Positions 19,652 through 31,214 are shown, numbered from the stretch's first letter. The stretch is 64,000 nucleotides of DNA from Candidatus Latescibacterota bacterium (GCA_965217865.1 CBDCJO010000002.1:5024001-5088000), one strand, 5' to 3'. Notes: generated from the sequence alone by a model not told the origin. Numbers and translations are program-made.

Positions 19652-20671
19652 TTATCTCCTCAGGTACTGCCTCTCATAGTATGCCTTAAAGTCACTACCT
19701 TCTTTGATATTCCGCCACCAATCCTGATGTTCCAGATACCAGGAAACGGTCTTGCGGAGTGCGCTTTCGAAATCATACTGCGGCTTCCAGCCGAGTGCCC
19801 TGATCTTCGAGGTATCGAGGGCGTATCGCATGTCGTGTGCGGGGCGGTCCTTTACGAATTCGATGAGCCTCTCGGATTCCTCGACCAATTTCAGGATCTT
19901 TTTGGCAACCGTCTCCCCGTCCGCATCGTTATCGCCCCCAATGTTGTAGGCTTCGCCTGGAGTTCCTTTGTGGAGCACCACGTCGATCGCCTCGCAGTTA
20001 TCGGTCACATAAAGATGGTCCCGAACCGCGAGCCCCTTGCCGTAGACGGGGAGGGGCAGGTCCTCGATTGCGTTGGAGATGAATAACGGCACTCTCTTTT
20101 CCGGGTACTGAAAGGGCCCGATATTGTTCGCAGATCGAGTGATCAGGACCGGAAGGCCGTATGTCAACCCGAACGCCCGGGCCATCAAATCGCCTGCGGC
20201 CTTGCTGACCGAATAGGGATTTCGCGGGGCCATGGGCACGTCTTCCGACCAAGGGGGCTCACCAGGAGCAAGGCTTCCGTACACCTCGTCGGTAGAAATC
20301 TGTAATATCCGTTCGACGGGGTGTCGGCGCGCTGCGTCCAAAAGGGTGAAAACGCCCATCGTGTTGGACCGCATAAAGTCCTCGGCCTCCATAATGCTCC
20401 GGTCCACGTGGCTCTCGGCCGCAAAGTTCACCACCCCGTCGACGCGTTGCATCAGACGGTCTACCAATTCTCGGTCACAGATATCCCCCTGAACGAATTC
20501 ATAGCGTGGATTTTTCTCCACATCCCTCAGGTTGTCGAGGTTCCCGGCATACGTCAGCTTGTCCAGGTTGACCACCTCGTAGTCCTCGTACTTTTGGAGG
20601 AGGTGCCTGATAAAGTTGCTGCCGATGAATCCCGCCCCGCCGGTAACCAGAAATGTTTTCACGGATGCCAT
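19652..20671 (-). CDS. rfbB: dTDP-glucose 4,6-dehydratase
   Basis: LVTGGAGFIGSNF, DKLTYAGNL, FAAESHVDRS, STDEVYG, PYSVSKA, DRPAHDMRY. Confidence 0.95.
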   Translation of the reverse strand: MASVKTFLVTGGAGFIGSNFIRHLLQKYEDYEVVNLDKLTYAGNLDNLRDVEKNPRYEFVQGDICDRELVDRLMQRVDGVVNFAAESHVDRSIMEAEDFMRSNTMGVFTLLDAARRHPVERILQISTDEVYGSLAPGEPPWSEDVPMAPRNPYSVSKAAGDLMARAFGLTYGLPVLITRSANNIGPFQYPEKRVPLFISNAIEDLPLPVYGKGLAVRDHLYVTDNCEAIDVVLHKGTPGEAYNIGGDNDADGETVAKKILKLVEESERLIEFVKDRPAHDMRYALDTSKIRALGWKPQYDFESALRKTVSWYLEHQDWWRNIKEGSDFKAYYERQYLRR

Positions 20672-20694
20672 CCTGAGAAGAGCAGCCCGTTCGG

Positions 20695-21873
20695 TCAATT
20701 TGAGCTGTTTTGTTTGACAACCTCCACTTGGCCGGAGTCACGGCGGATGATCCTGTATGGCCTCCGGGCAAGCCTGGCTTTCCAGTCCCCCCGGGGAAAC
20801 GGCCAGGGGCATTCCGCCCATTCGATGTAAGGCGCCATGAGCGACGTGCAAAATCTGAAGGCCTGGGTAGCGTTCATGTTGGAACGGGGTTTTTCGGAGG
20901 GGCGGCAGATCCGGCTGCCGCACCAGTTAATCGGATCGGTCCCTTTCCGGGTGCTGGCAAATCCCCCATCCGGAATCTGGAAATCTTTGAAGGATTCGAC
21001 GATCGCACCAAGGACCGCGTTCAGATCCACCCTGCGATAATCCGAAATCTCCAAACAAATCAGGCAGAGTTCGGCCACATTGCGTGGAATCAGAATATTA
21101 TCCATGTCTTGAAAACTCCCATCGGCCCACCGTTTGATAAGGGTGTCGGCCAAACGATCGGTGTGTGGGAAGTTGAATCCGGTGTTCCAGAACGGACCGG
21201 CCATGATCTTGAAAGCACCCGACATCTGCTGTTCGAGGGGGATGTCGATCCGACCCCACATCCCGGTGTCGGGATTCTGATGAGAGAGGATGATCTCCAT
21301 ACCCTCGGTCAACGAGGGGATGACTTCCTCGTTCCCAAGGTTCAAATATTCAAAAAGCTCATTGGTCCTACCCGCCGCACCTGACCCCGTACCCCACGGC
21401 TGATCCCAGTCACCGTGCTTCAGATAATCGATGTAGGCCTGCCCGTCCGGATCGCCCCTTCCACCGGTTTTGGTGTAAGGGTAGCGAGGCTTGCTCCCCA
21501 ATTGATTCAGGAACATGGTCGCATACTTTGTGACGGCGTCACGGAATGTGCGACGTACTTTCAGATCCTCCCGCCCCTCCAGTCGCTCGTCCAGGTAGGG
21601 GTCTATAAAAAGGCCGGAATCGGGATCCTGGAACCCCTGGGCATAAGCGATGGTTTTTGTCAAAGCGGTAGAAGAATATCTCGGAAGCTTGGCCAGGGGG
21701 ATCGTTTCCTTGAGCAGCCAGAGACCCACCCCGCTGGCGGTCAGGCAGTGAGGCATTTCCGCATCCACGCAGTCCTTGAACAGGCCAAATCCTTCAGGGT
21801 CCATGACCGATATCAACCACGAATCGATTGCGGCCGGCGTTTCAAAAAGCCAGGATCGGGTTTCGGCTGTCAC
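20695..21873 (-). CDS. Hypothetical protein with prenyltransferase/squalene-cyclase-like QxxxGxW repeats
   Basis: QDPDSGLF, QNPDTGMWG and QIPDGGF in a 392-aa ORF between the rfbC-like gene and rfbB. Confidence 0.6.
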   Translation of the reverse strand: MTAETRSWLFETPAAIDSWLISVMDPEGFGLFKDCVDAEMPHCLTASGVGLWLLKETIPLAKLPRYSSTALTKTIAYAQGFQDPDSGLFIDPYLDERLEGREDLKVRRTFRDAVTKYATMFLNQLGSKPRYPYTKTGGRGDPDGQAYIDYLKHGDWDQPWGTGSGAAGRTNELFEYLNLGNEEVIPSLTEGMEIILSHQNPDTGMWGRIDIPLEQQMSGAFKIMAGPFWNTGFNFPHTDRLADTLIKRWADGSFQDMDNILIPRNVAELCLICLEISDYRRVDLNAVLGAIVESFKDFQIPDGGFASTRKGTDPINWCGSRICRPSEKPRSNMNATQAFRFCTSLMAPYIEWAECPWPFPRGDWKARLARRPYRIIRRDSGQVEVVKQNSSN

Positions 21874-21952
21874 GAGATCGAAGTCCTCTTTGTTCGGGAT
21901 TTGCTACAGGGGGAAGGCGGATTGGAGACCTCGACCGCCACCTATTTCCAAT

Positions 21953-22444
21953 CTATCGCATTTCGGTCGTCCAATCGAAACCAATGGAGGGGTCATCGTA
22001 GGGGATTCGCTGTTCGTCGGGGTCCTTCGGGTCGTAGGGTTGGCTCACGTGGTAGAGGAGGTAAGCCGGATCATTTCCGAGGACGCGATACCCGTGTGCC
22101 ACGCCTCGCGGAATGACCAGCAGGATCGGATTATGCTCTCCCATGCAGTAGACCTCGGTGAGCCCCCTGGTGGGGGAATCTTCACGAAGGTCGTGGAGGA
22201 CCGCCTGGGCCATTCCTTTTACGACAAACCACGCGTCATCCTGCCGCTTGTGCCAGTGGAAGGCTTTGATGACGCCCGGGTAGGACATGGTGATGCTCGT
22301 CTGGCCAAACTCAGCAAACCCCTTGCCGAAAAAGGGGTCGTCCGTCCTCAGGAGTTCTGCAAGAAAACCCCGGTCGTCTGCAAAGACAACCAATCGTTTC
22401 CCCCATACATCATCGATCCTGCCCGCAAAGAGGGTCTCGTTCAC
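21953..22444 (-). CDS. rfbC: dTDP-4-dehydrorhamnose 3,5-epimerase family cupin (RmlC/SpsL-like)
   Basis: DDRGFLAE, PGVIKAFHWH, DLREDSPT, IPRGVAHGY, YDDPSIGFDW. Confidence 0.85.
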   Translation of the reverse strand: MNETLFAGRIDDVWGKRLVVFADDRGFLAELLRTDDPFFGKGFAEFGQTSITMSYPGVIKAFHWHKRQDDAWFVVKGMAQAVLHDLREDSPTRGLTEVYCMGEHNPILLVIPRGVAHGYRVLGNDPAYLLYHVSQPYDPKDPDEQRIPYDDPSIGFDWTTEMR

Positions 22445-22466
22445 GGTAAGTTCCCTTCAGATGGGT

Positions 22467-23059
22467 TTAATAGAAGGCCATACTGGCATATGTGACTGCG
22501 GAATCGGTCTGCGGATCGACGGTTCGGTCATAGTTCAGGAGCCGGCCCTCGGAGGCATTCATCACCTGAAGCATCGTGTAGATGGAGGAGGTTCCGCAGA
22601 TCCGTCTGCGGTCGCCGTCCCTCTGAATCGTTTTAAAGAACCCATCCGCATCGAGGGTTTCAATCGCTTCGATGCGTTCCCGGTCCTCGGACGCAACCGA
22701 TTCGAGGAAGTCCGGCGGACCGGGGCACGGCGATAACCATCGAGAGCTTGTTGCCGAAGCTTTGAAACTCGGTTCCCCTCTAGAAAGAGCGCCTCGTCCA
22801 GCTGGTTTATGATCTCCCTTATCCTGTCACTCGGGATGACTGTCCCGAACTGTCGGGTATACGCGAGTGAGATGTCCGGAATGGAATGCCGGCCGTCGAA
22901 CATCGCGATAATATAGAAAAGTTCCGGCGGGACCATCACCGCACCTTCGGCCAGACCTTCGGGGTCTCTCAAACAGATAGAGGATCGACCCTGGATCTTG
23001 ACCGGATATGCCTCAACCGCACGAAGTTTGGGATAGTCCGAACCCATATTTTCCGCCAT
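22467..23059 (-). pseudogene. amrB: AmmeMemoRadiSam system protein B (MEMO1-like) with a large internal deletion and frameshift
   Basis: N-terminus PKLRAVEAYP...LRDPEG...LDEALFLE...YRRAPVR joins out of frame at ~22712-22717 to the C-terminus PDFLESVASEDRERIE...RRRICG...GRLLNY...AVTYASMAFY*. Confidence 0.75.
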
Positions 23060-23118
23060 CAGGAAATCCTCAACCATAAAGAGAAATCCCACAGGACTTT
23101 AAAAAGGTTATACAGGAT

Positions 23119-23147
23119 GTTATAGTAAAATTCACCTGAGTTGTCAA
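23119..23147 (-). promoter_or_regulatory. sigma70-type promoter for the amrB-rfbC-orf-rfbB unit
   Basis: TTGACA-N17-TATAAC. Confidence 0.6.
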
Positions 23148-23156
23148 CTTCAATTG

Positions 23157-23192
23157 AAAAAAATCCCCGCCTGGCAAAATCCAGACGGGGAT
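23157..23192 (-). terminator. Intrinsic terminator of the cold-shock gene
   Basis: ATCCCCGTCTGG-loop-CCAGGCGGGGAT followed by a T-run on the minus strand. Confidence 0.85.
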
Positions 23193-23220
23193 AGGATTCG
23201 AGTTGGATTTTCGGATAAGA

Positions 23221-23424
23221 TCAGTCCGATTTGGTGACGTTTGCGGCCTGGGGGCCCTTAGGTCCCTGGGTAATTTCGAATTCCACTTGTTGTCCCTCAC
23301 TCAACGATTTGAAGCCATCCTGTTCAATCGCAGAGAAATGAACAAAGACATCCTCACCATCATCCTGTTCAATGAAGCCATAGCCCTTGCTGTCGTTGAA
23401 CCACTTTACCCGACCAACCGGCAT
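23221..23424 (-). CDS. cspA: Cold-shock protein
   Basis: [44 protein letters not shown]. Confidence 0.95.
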   Translation of the reverse strand: MPVGRVKWFNDSKGYGFIEQDDGEDVFVHFSAIEQDGFKSLSEGQQVEFEITQGPKGPQAANVTKSD

Positions 23425-23595
23425 GTATTATCACCTACTTTCTTTTCTGGATGGTTCGTCTTCTGACCTGTCAGAAAGAGAAAATAAAAACACCACAAAG
23501 CCTAAAACAAAGCCTTGTGGTCCGCGTGCGAATTGCATGTCAGATCGACACTTTGAATCAAGCTGCAATTATTTTTATTTTATTGTCGGATAAAA

Positions 23596-23624
23596 ATAAT
23601 AAGACGTGCCATACGATATGTCAA
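23596..23624 (-). promoter_or_regulatory. sigma70-type promoter of the csp gene, implying a ~165-nt 5' UTR
   Basis: TTGACA-N17-TATTAT. Confidence 0.7.
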
Positions 23625-23639
23625 GCATTTTTTGAAAAT

Positions 23640-24425
23640 TTATCGCGACGCAATTTTCGCAATCCAGATGCTGATCTCATAAAGAAAGCAGAGGGGGAGG
23701 GCAAGCATCAGCTGAGAGAACGGGTCCGGGGATGGCGTAGCGACAGCAGCGATGATGAAGACGCCCACGTAAGCATAAGGTCGATAGTGTCTCATGAACG
23801 GGGCGGTGAGGACACCCACTTTTGCGAGAAAAAAAGCAACCACGGGGAGTTCGAAGACCAATCCGAAGACTGCGACTGTGTAGATGATAAAAGTAATATA
23901 TTGTCGGACATCGAGCATGGTCTTGACATCGAGGGTCCCCATACCCACGAGAAATTTCAGCATCGTCGGGATGGCTCCGAAATAAGCCAGGGAGGCCCCG
24001 CATAAAAAACAGAAGAAGGTGGAGGAGACGACTCCCCACAGGTATAGACGTTCTGTTTTGTAAAGCCCGGGGGCCAGGAACAACCAGAACTGATAAACGA
24101 TCACGGGGAGGGCAAGGATCAAGCCGCCGATGAGAGCGGCGTTCATCCGCACCAGGAACATGCCCAGCGGATGGGTGTTGATGAATTGCACCGGCGGGTC
24201 CGCAACCCTGCCAGGACGCAGGATGATGTCGAGGAGGTTGTCGGAAAAGATACCGCATATAATGATTCCGACGAACAGGGCTCCCAAGGCCTTGATGATC
24301 CGCCAACGCAGCTCTTCGAGATGGTCGAGGAAGGGCATCGCCCTCTGGTCGGTTTCCGATCCTTCAGGATCCGCTTCGTGTTCGGCTGACAACTTTTCTA
24401 TGGATTGATCGGATTCTTCCGGCAT
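23640..24425 (-). CDS. tatC: Twin-arginine translocase subunit TatC
   Basis: MPFLDHLEELRWR, YQFWLFLAPGLYKTE, FELP, TPSPDPFSQ, LYEISI. Confidence 0.95.
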   Translation of the reverse strand: MPEESDQSIEKLSAEHEADPEGSETDQRAMPFLDHLEELRWRIIKALGALFVGIIICGIFSDNLLDIILRPGRVADPPVQFINTHPLGMFLVRMNAALIGGLILALPVIVYQFWLFLAPGLYKTERLYLWGVVSSTFFCFLCGASLAYFGAIPTMLKFLVGMGTLDVKTMLDVRQYITFIIYTVAVFGLVFELPVVAFFLAKVGVLTAPFMRHYRPYAYVGVFIIAAVATPSPDPFSQLMLALPLCFLYEISIWIAKIASR

Positions 24426-24537
24426 TTCATCCCAAAAGGAAATAGAATTTACAACAGGAGAATTTTAATCCGATGGGTGGTGTTGAAGAGGGAAGAGGGG
24501 GGTATGGCCTGCCCGCTGGAACCGATCAGTCGTTCCG

Positions 24538-25695
24538 TTAAGGAAGCGCCTTATCTATGATTCCCCCGCCCAGGACGAGGTCGCCGTCATAGAGCACCAG
24601 GGACTGACCGGGGGTTAGCGCACGCTGAGGACGATCAAATCGGAAGCGGATTCGATTGTTCTCCACCGGCAGGATCATCCCGGGGGCGGCATCGTGGCGG
24701 TAACGCATCTTGGCCCCGGCACATAATTCCGGCGGTGGGGACTCAAAGGCGATCCAGTTGGCGGATGACGCGAGGACTTCGCTGGCCAGAAGATCGTCCG
24801 GACTTCCGATCCGGATGGTGTTCGTGTCCGCGTCGATGGAGGTGACATAGCGGGGTGACGCTGCCGCAACACCAAGACCCTTTCGCTGGCCGACGGTGAA
24901 AAAAGCGGCTCCTCGATGCGTTCCAACCCTGGAACCATCGACGTCCAGTACCGGCCCGGGCCGGAAGGTTGATGGCGAAATTTCTTCGATCCGGGCCCGA
25001 TCTCGCATAAAACGCTCTACCTTCCGGTCCACGATAAAACAGATATCCTGGCTTTCCGGTACGTCAGCTGTCTTGAGGCCCGATTCGCGGGCAACACCTC
25101 TGACATCTTCCTTTGAGAGTCCGCCCAGCGGGAAGATCGTTCGCCGAAGCATCTCCTGAGAAAGACCCCACAGGACGTAAGACTGGTCCTTGCGTGGATC
25201 GGCGCTGCGCTTTAGGATGTAGCGGGAAAGTCCGTTTCCCCAGCTGGCTCGGGCGTAATGTCCGGTGGCGATCCGGGCGGCCCCAAGGGATTCCGCCTTT
25301 CGAAGGAGAGGATCCCATTTGACCTTATGATTGCACATCACGCAGGGATTCGGCGTCCGCCCATTGAGGTATTCGTCCACGAAATTCCGAATGACGGATT
25401 GGCCGAAGTCCTCACGCAGGTCGAAGACAAAGTGGGGTGCGCCAATTTGGTGACAGACGGCCCTCGCATTGTTGATCCCTTCCACCCCGCAACAGCTTCC
25501 CTTCCCGTGCGTCGGATCGCCCCCTACCTGGTCGTAACTCCACAGGTGCATTGTCACACCGATCACGTCGTAACCGCGGCGCTTCAGCAGGAAGGCAGCT
25601 ACGGAACTGTCCACCCCGCCGCTCATCCCAACCACAATACGGGGTTCTGAGTCGGGGGCTGGAATCGTCTCGAGAATTCGATTCAAATCGATCAT
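24538..25695 (-). CDS. mnmA: tRNA 2-thiouridylase
   Basis: MSGGVDSSVAA, GRTPNPCVMCN, IATGHYA, KDQSYVL, SQDICF, TVGQRKGLG, TPGQSLV. Confidence 0.96.
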   Translation of the reverse strand: MIDLNRILETIPAPDSEPRIVVGMSGGVDSSVAAFLLKRRGYDVIGVTMHLWSYDQVGGDPTHGKGSCCGVEGINNARAVCHQIGAPHFVFDLREDFGQSVIRNFVDEYLNGRTPNPCVMCNHKVKWDPLLRKAESLGAARIATGHYARASWGNGLSRYILKRSADPRKDQSYVLWGLSQEMLRRTIFPLGGLSKEDVRGVARESGLKTADVPESQDICFIVDRKVERFMRDRARIEEISPSTFRPGPVLDVDGSRVGTHRGAAFFTVGQRKGLGVAAASPRYVTSIDADTNTIRIGSPDDLLASEVLASSANWIAFESPPPELCAGAKMRYRHDAAPGMILPVENNRIRFRFDRPQRALTPGQSLVLYDGDLVLGGGIIDKALP

Positions 25696-25704
25696 AAGGA
25701 ATTG

Positions 25705-25733
25705 AATATAACCGGCTTCTGAAGAGTTGTCAA
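25705..25733 (-). promoter_or_regulatory. sigma70-type promoter of mnmA
   Basis: TTGACA-N17-TATATT, ending 9 nt before the ATG. Confidence 0.65.
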
Positions 25734-25789
25734 GGCGAAAGCTCCCCGTGATGAACCGGTCCCGGGCGGTTCCATCCCTCCGCTTTTGC

Positions 25790-25819
25790 TTGACAGACCC
25801 TGTCCGCCGGTTTTATACT
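25790..25819 (+). promoter_or_regulatory. sigma70-type promoter of bioF-A-D
   Basis: TTGACA-N18-TATACT; the small palindrome GACA-N5-TGTC overlaps the -35 box. Confidence 0.6.
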
Positions 25820-25896
25820 CACCGAGAATTTCACAAGAACTCGGGTCCGTTGGTGGACGGATCCCCCCCCTGTGCAACGGTTAGGAGGACTGCCCG

Positions 25897-27069
25897 ATGA
25901 GCGATCATCTGGCATTTATCGGCGACGAACTGAACGACCTGGAAAGAAGAGGGCTCCGCCGTTATCTCAGGGTCCTGGAGGGCGCACAGGGCCCCGTTGT
26001 GAGCGTTTTAGGTCGGACCCTGAAGCTTTTCTGCAGCAACGATTACCTTGGCCTGGCGAACCATCCGGCTCTCAAGGCTGCGGCGAATGCGGCTATTGAG
26101 AAATACGGATACGGAACGGGGGCCTCCCGGCTTGTGTCCGGGACGATGGAACCGCACGCCAAGCTCGAGGTGCAACTGGCCGATTTCCTAGGTTCGGAGG
26201 CCGCCCTTGTTTTTTCGTCCGGATACATGGCCAACGTCGGTACGATCCCCGCCCTCGTGGGAAAAGGAGACGCGGTGATCCTGGACCGCCTGGACCACGC
26301 CAGCATCGTCGACGGGGCCCGTCTGTCCGGAGCCAGGACATTGGTCTACGCTCACCGCGATGTCGAAAGACTTAAGGCCGTGCTGGAGCGTCACTCAGGC
26401 TACCGGCGGAGATTGATTGTGACGGATGGGGTCTTCAGCGTGGACGGTGACATCGCCCCGCTGAAGGAGATCCAGCGACTTTCACGTGAGCACGGGGCGA
26501 TCCTGATGTTGGACGATGCACACGGAACAGGTGTGCTTGGCGAGAACGGACGCGGAACCCTCGAACACCTGGGAGCCGAAGGGGTGGATGTCCTGATGGG
26601 CTCTTTGAGCAATGCCATGGGGGGCACGGGTGGATATATTGCTGCAAGCCGGCGGCTGATCGATTTTCTTATCAATAGATCGCGAACGTTCGTCTTCACA
26701 ACCGCTCTGCCCCCGGATGCCTGCGCAGTGGCCTCAGCCGCCATCGACCTGGTTGCGTCCGGTCCCGGGCTTCGAGATCGCCTTTGGGAGAAGGTGGGTC
26801 AGATAAAGAGGGAGTTGACGGGGATGGGTTATGACTTGATGGGCTCGGAGACTCAGATCGTACCTGTTTTGGTCGGGGAAGCCCAGAAGGCGAAGGAACT
26901 ATCCGATTACCTGTATGAAAGAGGGGTCTTCCTCTCTGCGATCCGTCCCCCGACCGTTCCGAAAGGCCAAAGCCGGTTGCGGTTGACCATCACCGCCGGC
27001 CATTCGGCCGAGGACATCGGGTTTCTGCTGGAGGCTATGAGGGAAGCTCGGAGGCGATTTTTTGAATAG
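25897..27069 (+). CDS. bioF: 8-amino-7-oxononanoate synthase with the PLP lysine replaced by Asn
   Basis: FCSNDYLGLA, GASRLVSG, HASIVDG, DDAHGTG, IRPPTVP. GSLSNAMG stands where GT/SLSKALG is expected. Confidence 0.9.
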   Translation: MSDHLAFIGDELNDLERRGLRRYLRVLEGAQGPVVSVLGRTLKLFCSNDYLGLANHPALKAAANAAIEKYGYGTGASRLVSGTMEPHAKLEVQLADFLGSEAALVFSSGYMANVGTIPALVGKGDAVILDRLDHASIVDGARLSGARTLVYAHRDVERLKAVLERHSGYRRRLIVTDGVFSVDGDIAPLKEIQRLSREHGAILMLDDAHGTGVLGENGRGTLEHLGAEGVDVLMGSLSNAMGGTGGYIAASRRLIDFLINRSRTFVFTTALPPDACAVASAAIDLVASGPGLRDRLWEKVGQIKRELTGMGYDLMGSETQIVPVLVGEAQKAKELSDYLYERGVFLSAIRPPTVPKGQSRLRLTITAGHSAEDIGFLLEAMREARRRFFE

Positions 27070-27088
27070 GGATATATCACCCGACGCG

Positions 27089-29136
<2,048 letters not shown>

Positions 29137-29158
29137 ATGTGGGATGAATGATGCAGAA

Positions 29159-30181
29159 TCACGTGGTATCCTCATATTGTTTCAACACCTGCTCCGGCGA
29201 AGCCGTTCCCGTTACCCCTACCTGTTGAACCGTGATCGAGGCGACCAGAACGCCGATCGTGGCCGCCTCGATATGGGTTGCCCCCCCACAAAGAGCGGAG
29301 ACGATCCCGGCCGTTGTGCTGTCACCCGCTCCCACCAGATCTAATTTTCCTTCGGCCCACACTCCGCGGATATGCTCGTTTCCCCCCTCTGTGATCAGGA
29401 GAAGGCCCTCTTCGCTCATCGTCAGGTAGATGGGCATCCGGGTTCTTTCGAATAACGTCCGTCCGCACCGTTCCGCCATCGGGCCGTCAACGTCGCCGTC
29501 CCATTCCGGGTGAATGGCCCTGGCGGCCTCCCGGCGGTTGGGCTTGAGGATGGCGTTTCGAAACTGGCCGATATGGGCTCGAGAATCGACGAAAAAACAT
29601 TTTTCCCTATATTTTCCCGCGAGTTCGGCCAACTCCGCCCGGAGCCTGGCCGTGATCACCCCGCATTCCGGCTCCTCCACCTGATCCGCGACGATGACCC
29701 CGTCAAATTCGGGGAGGACGCTCCGGAGTTTCTGGATGATCTGATCCTCTAAGTGGGGAGGTGTGGGGGTCCTGTTTTTGATATCGAGACGATTAATCTC
29801 GCGTTCCGTCCCCGTTTTATCCCTGGACATCGGCTTTGTGTAAGTTGGCGTCAAGCGGTCCGGGGTATCGATCAGGAGATCGACGTCGACGGAGATGTCC
29901 GTAAGGCCCTGTTTGAGTTCATAACCCTCACCGTCGTCTCCGATAAAACCCAAGGCGGCTGTCCTTACACCAAGAGCCCTGAGGTTGGACGTCACGGTCC
30001 CGGCGGCCCCGGGAAAACACCTTGCGTCTATCACCTGATACGCATCCAGCCCGGTCTCAAGAGAAGGCTCGTTCAGATCGGGATCGATGATCAGATATTT
30101 GTCGAGGAAGAAATCACCGAGAACCAGGACAGAGGTTTCTGGGAAGCGGCTCAGGAGGGATTCGAGGCGGGCACGGTTCAT
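29159..30181 (-). CDS. PfkB family sugar kinase (RfaE/HldE kinase domain-like)
   Basis: VLGDFFLDKY, PGAAGTV..NL, KPNRREA, DLVGAGDS. Confidence 0.85.
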   Translation of the reverse strand: MNRARLESLLSRFPETSVLVLGDFFLDKYLIIDPDLNEPSLETGLDAYQVIDARCFPGAAGTVTSNLRALGVRTAALGFIGDDGEGYELKQGLTDISVDVDLLIDTPDRLTPTYTKPMSRDKTGTEREINRLDIKNRTPTPPHLEDQIIQKLRSVLPEFDGVIVADQVEEPECGVITARLRAELAELAGKYREKCFFVDSRAHIGQFRNAILKPNRREAARAIHPEWDGDVDGPMAERCGRTLFERTRMPIYLTMSEEGLLLITEGGNEHIRGVWAEGKLDLVGAGDSTTAGIVSALCGGATHIEAATIGVLVASITVQQVGVTGTASPEQVLKQYEDTT

Positions 30182-30242
30182 GTTCCTTGTGTCGGACGTG
30201 GTTTCTGATTCGTCGTTCGTGATTTCTTCATCCGATCCCGAA

Positions 30243-31214
30243 TCACGAAAGACGATCCACGGATAAGATTTGTCTGTAGAGGTTCGGGAACGTTGCTTTA
30301 AGATCCCCCTGGATGTAGAAGCTCTCCCCGCCGTCCTGAACGGTTCGGACGAGGATCGTCTTGTATGGCCTGAAATAATAACGGGGATCGGTCTTCGGGG
30401 CCTCGACGCGATAGTCTCCATCCAGGGGAATAATATCAAAAACTGCAGTGGTGAATCGTTTTATATCGCGTCCCTCCTGACGGGCGACGTTTCGGGCCAT
30501 CGAAAGGGCTTTGAGATAGACTTCGGGCCCCATGACAGAGGACCCAATGTTGAGGAAAACGCCGCCTTCCAGTTGGGAAACGGTCTGGGTAAAGACCAGG
30601 AAATCGCGGTATGAGGTGTCTCCGGTCGTGGCGCCGTCACAATTCGGGTGTTCGTGGATGATGTCGTAGCCGATCCCGATGTGAACGGTGATCGGAATGC
30701 GAAGCCTGAAACCCGCGGCCAGGAGGCTTAGATCCCGGTGAGGGAATCCCTCCTCCTGGATCATCCTGCCGATCGCCTCACCCAGGCCTATGCCTTCCCG
30801 CTGTCCCAGTTTCGCTGCTTCGTTGATCCTTCCCGTCTCCTCCCAGAGTCCGAATTCCCCCGTCTGGATGTAACGCGCGACCTTCTCCGTCGTGGCTCCG
30901 ATCAGGGCCGTCTCGAAGTCGTGGATCGGTACCGCCCCGTTCATCCCAATGTGGGTGATGAACCCCCGGTCCATGAGATCGATGATCTGGCGGCAAAGGC
31001 CTGCCTTCAGGAGGTGGGCGCCCATCATGAATATTACCTGGCATCCCTTTCGCCGGGCGGAGACGACCTTTTCCGAGACGCTCAAGAGGTCCGGGTTTTC
31101 AAACGGAATCGGAATCTCTTCGACTTTCAGGAGGTCGGGGAGGTTCAGGTCGTGGCGGCGCTCAGACAGGGGCTTGAGTTTCAGTCTGCTACGATCGAAA
31201 GTCGGATAAGGCAC
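30243..31214 (-). CDS. Deoxyhypusine synthase-like fold hypothetical protein
   Basis: MMGAHLLKAGL, MNGA..IHDFE.ALIG.T.E, TVHIGIGYDIIH.HP, GSSVMGPEVYLKAL. Confidence 0.65.
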   Translation of the reverse strand: MPYPTFDRSRLKLKPLSERRHDLNLPDLLKVEEIPIPFENPDLLSVSEKVVSARRKGCQVIFMMGAHLLKAGLCRQIIDLMDRGFITHIGMNGAVPIHDFETALIGATTEKVARYIQTGEFGLWEETGRINEAAKLGQREGIGLGEAIGRMIQEEGFPHRDLSLLAAGFRLRIPITVHIGIGYDIIHEHPNCDGATTGDTSYRDFLVFTQTVSQLEGGVFLNIGSSVMGPEVYLKALSMARNVARQEGRDIKRFTTAVFDIIPLDGDYRVEAPKTDPRYYFRPYKTILVRTVQDGGESFYIQGDLKATFPNLYRQILSVDRLS

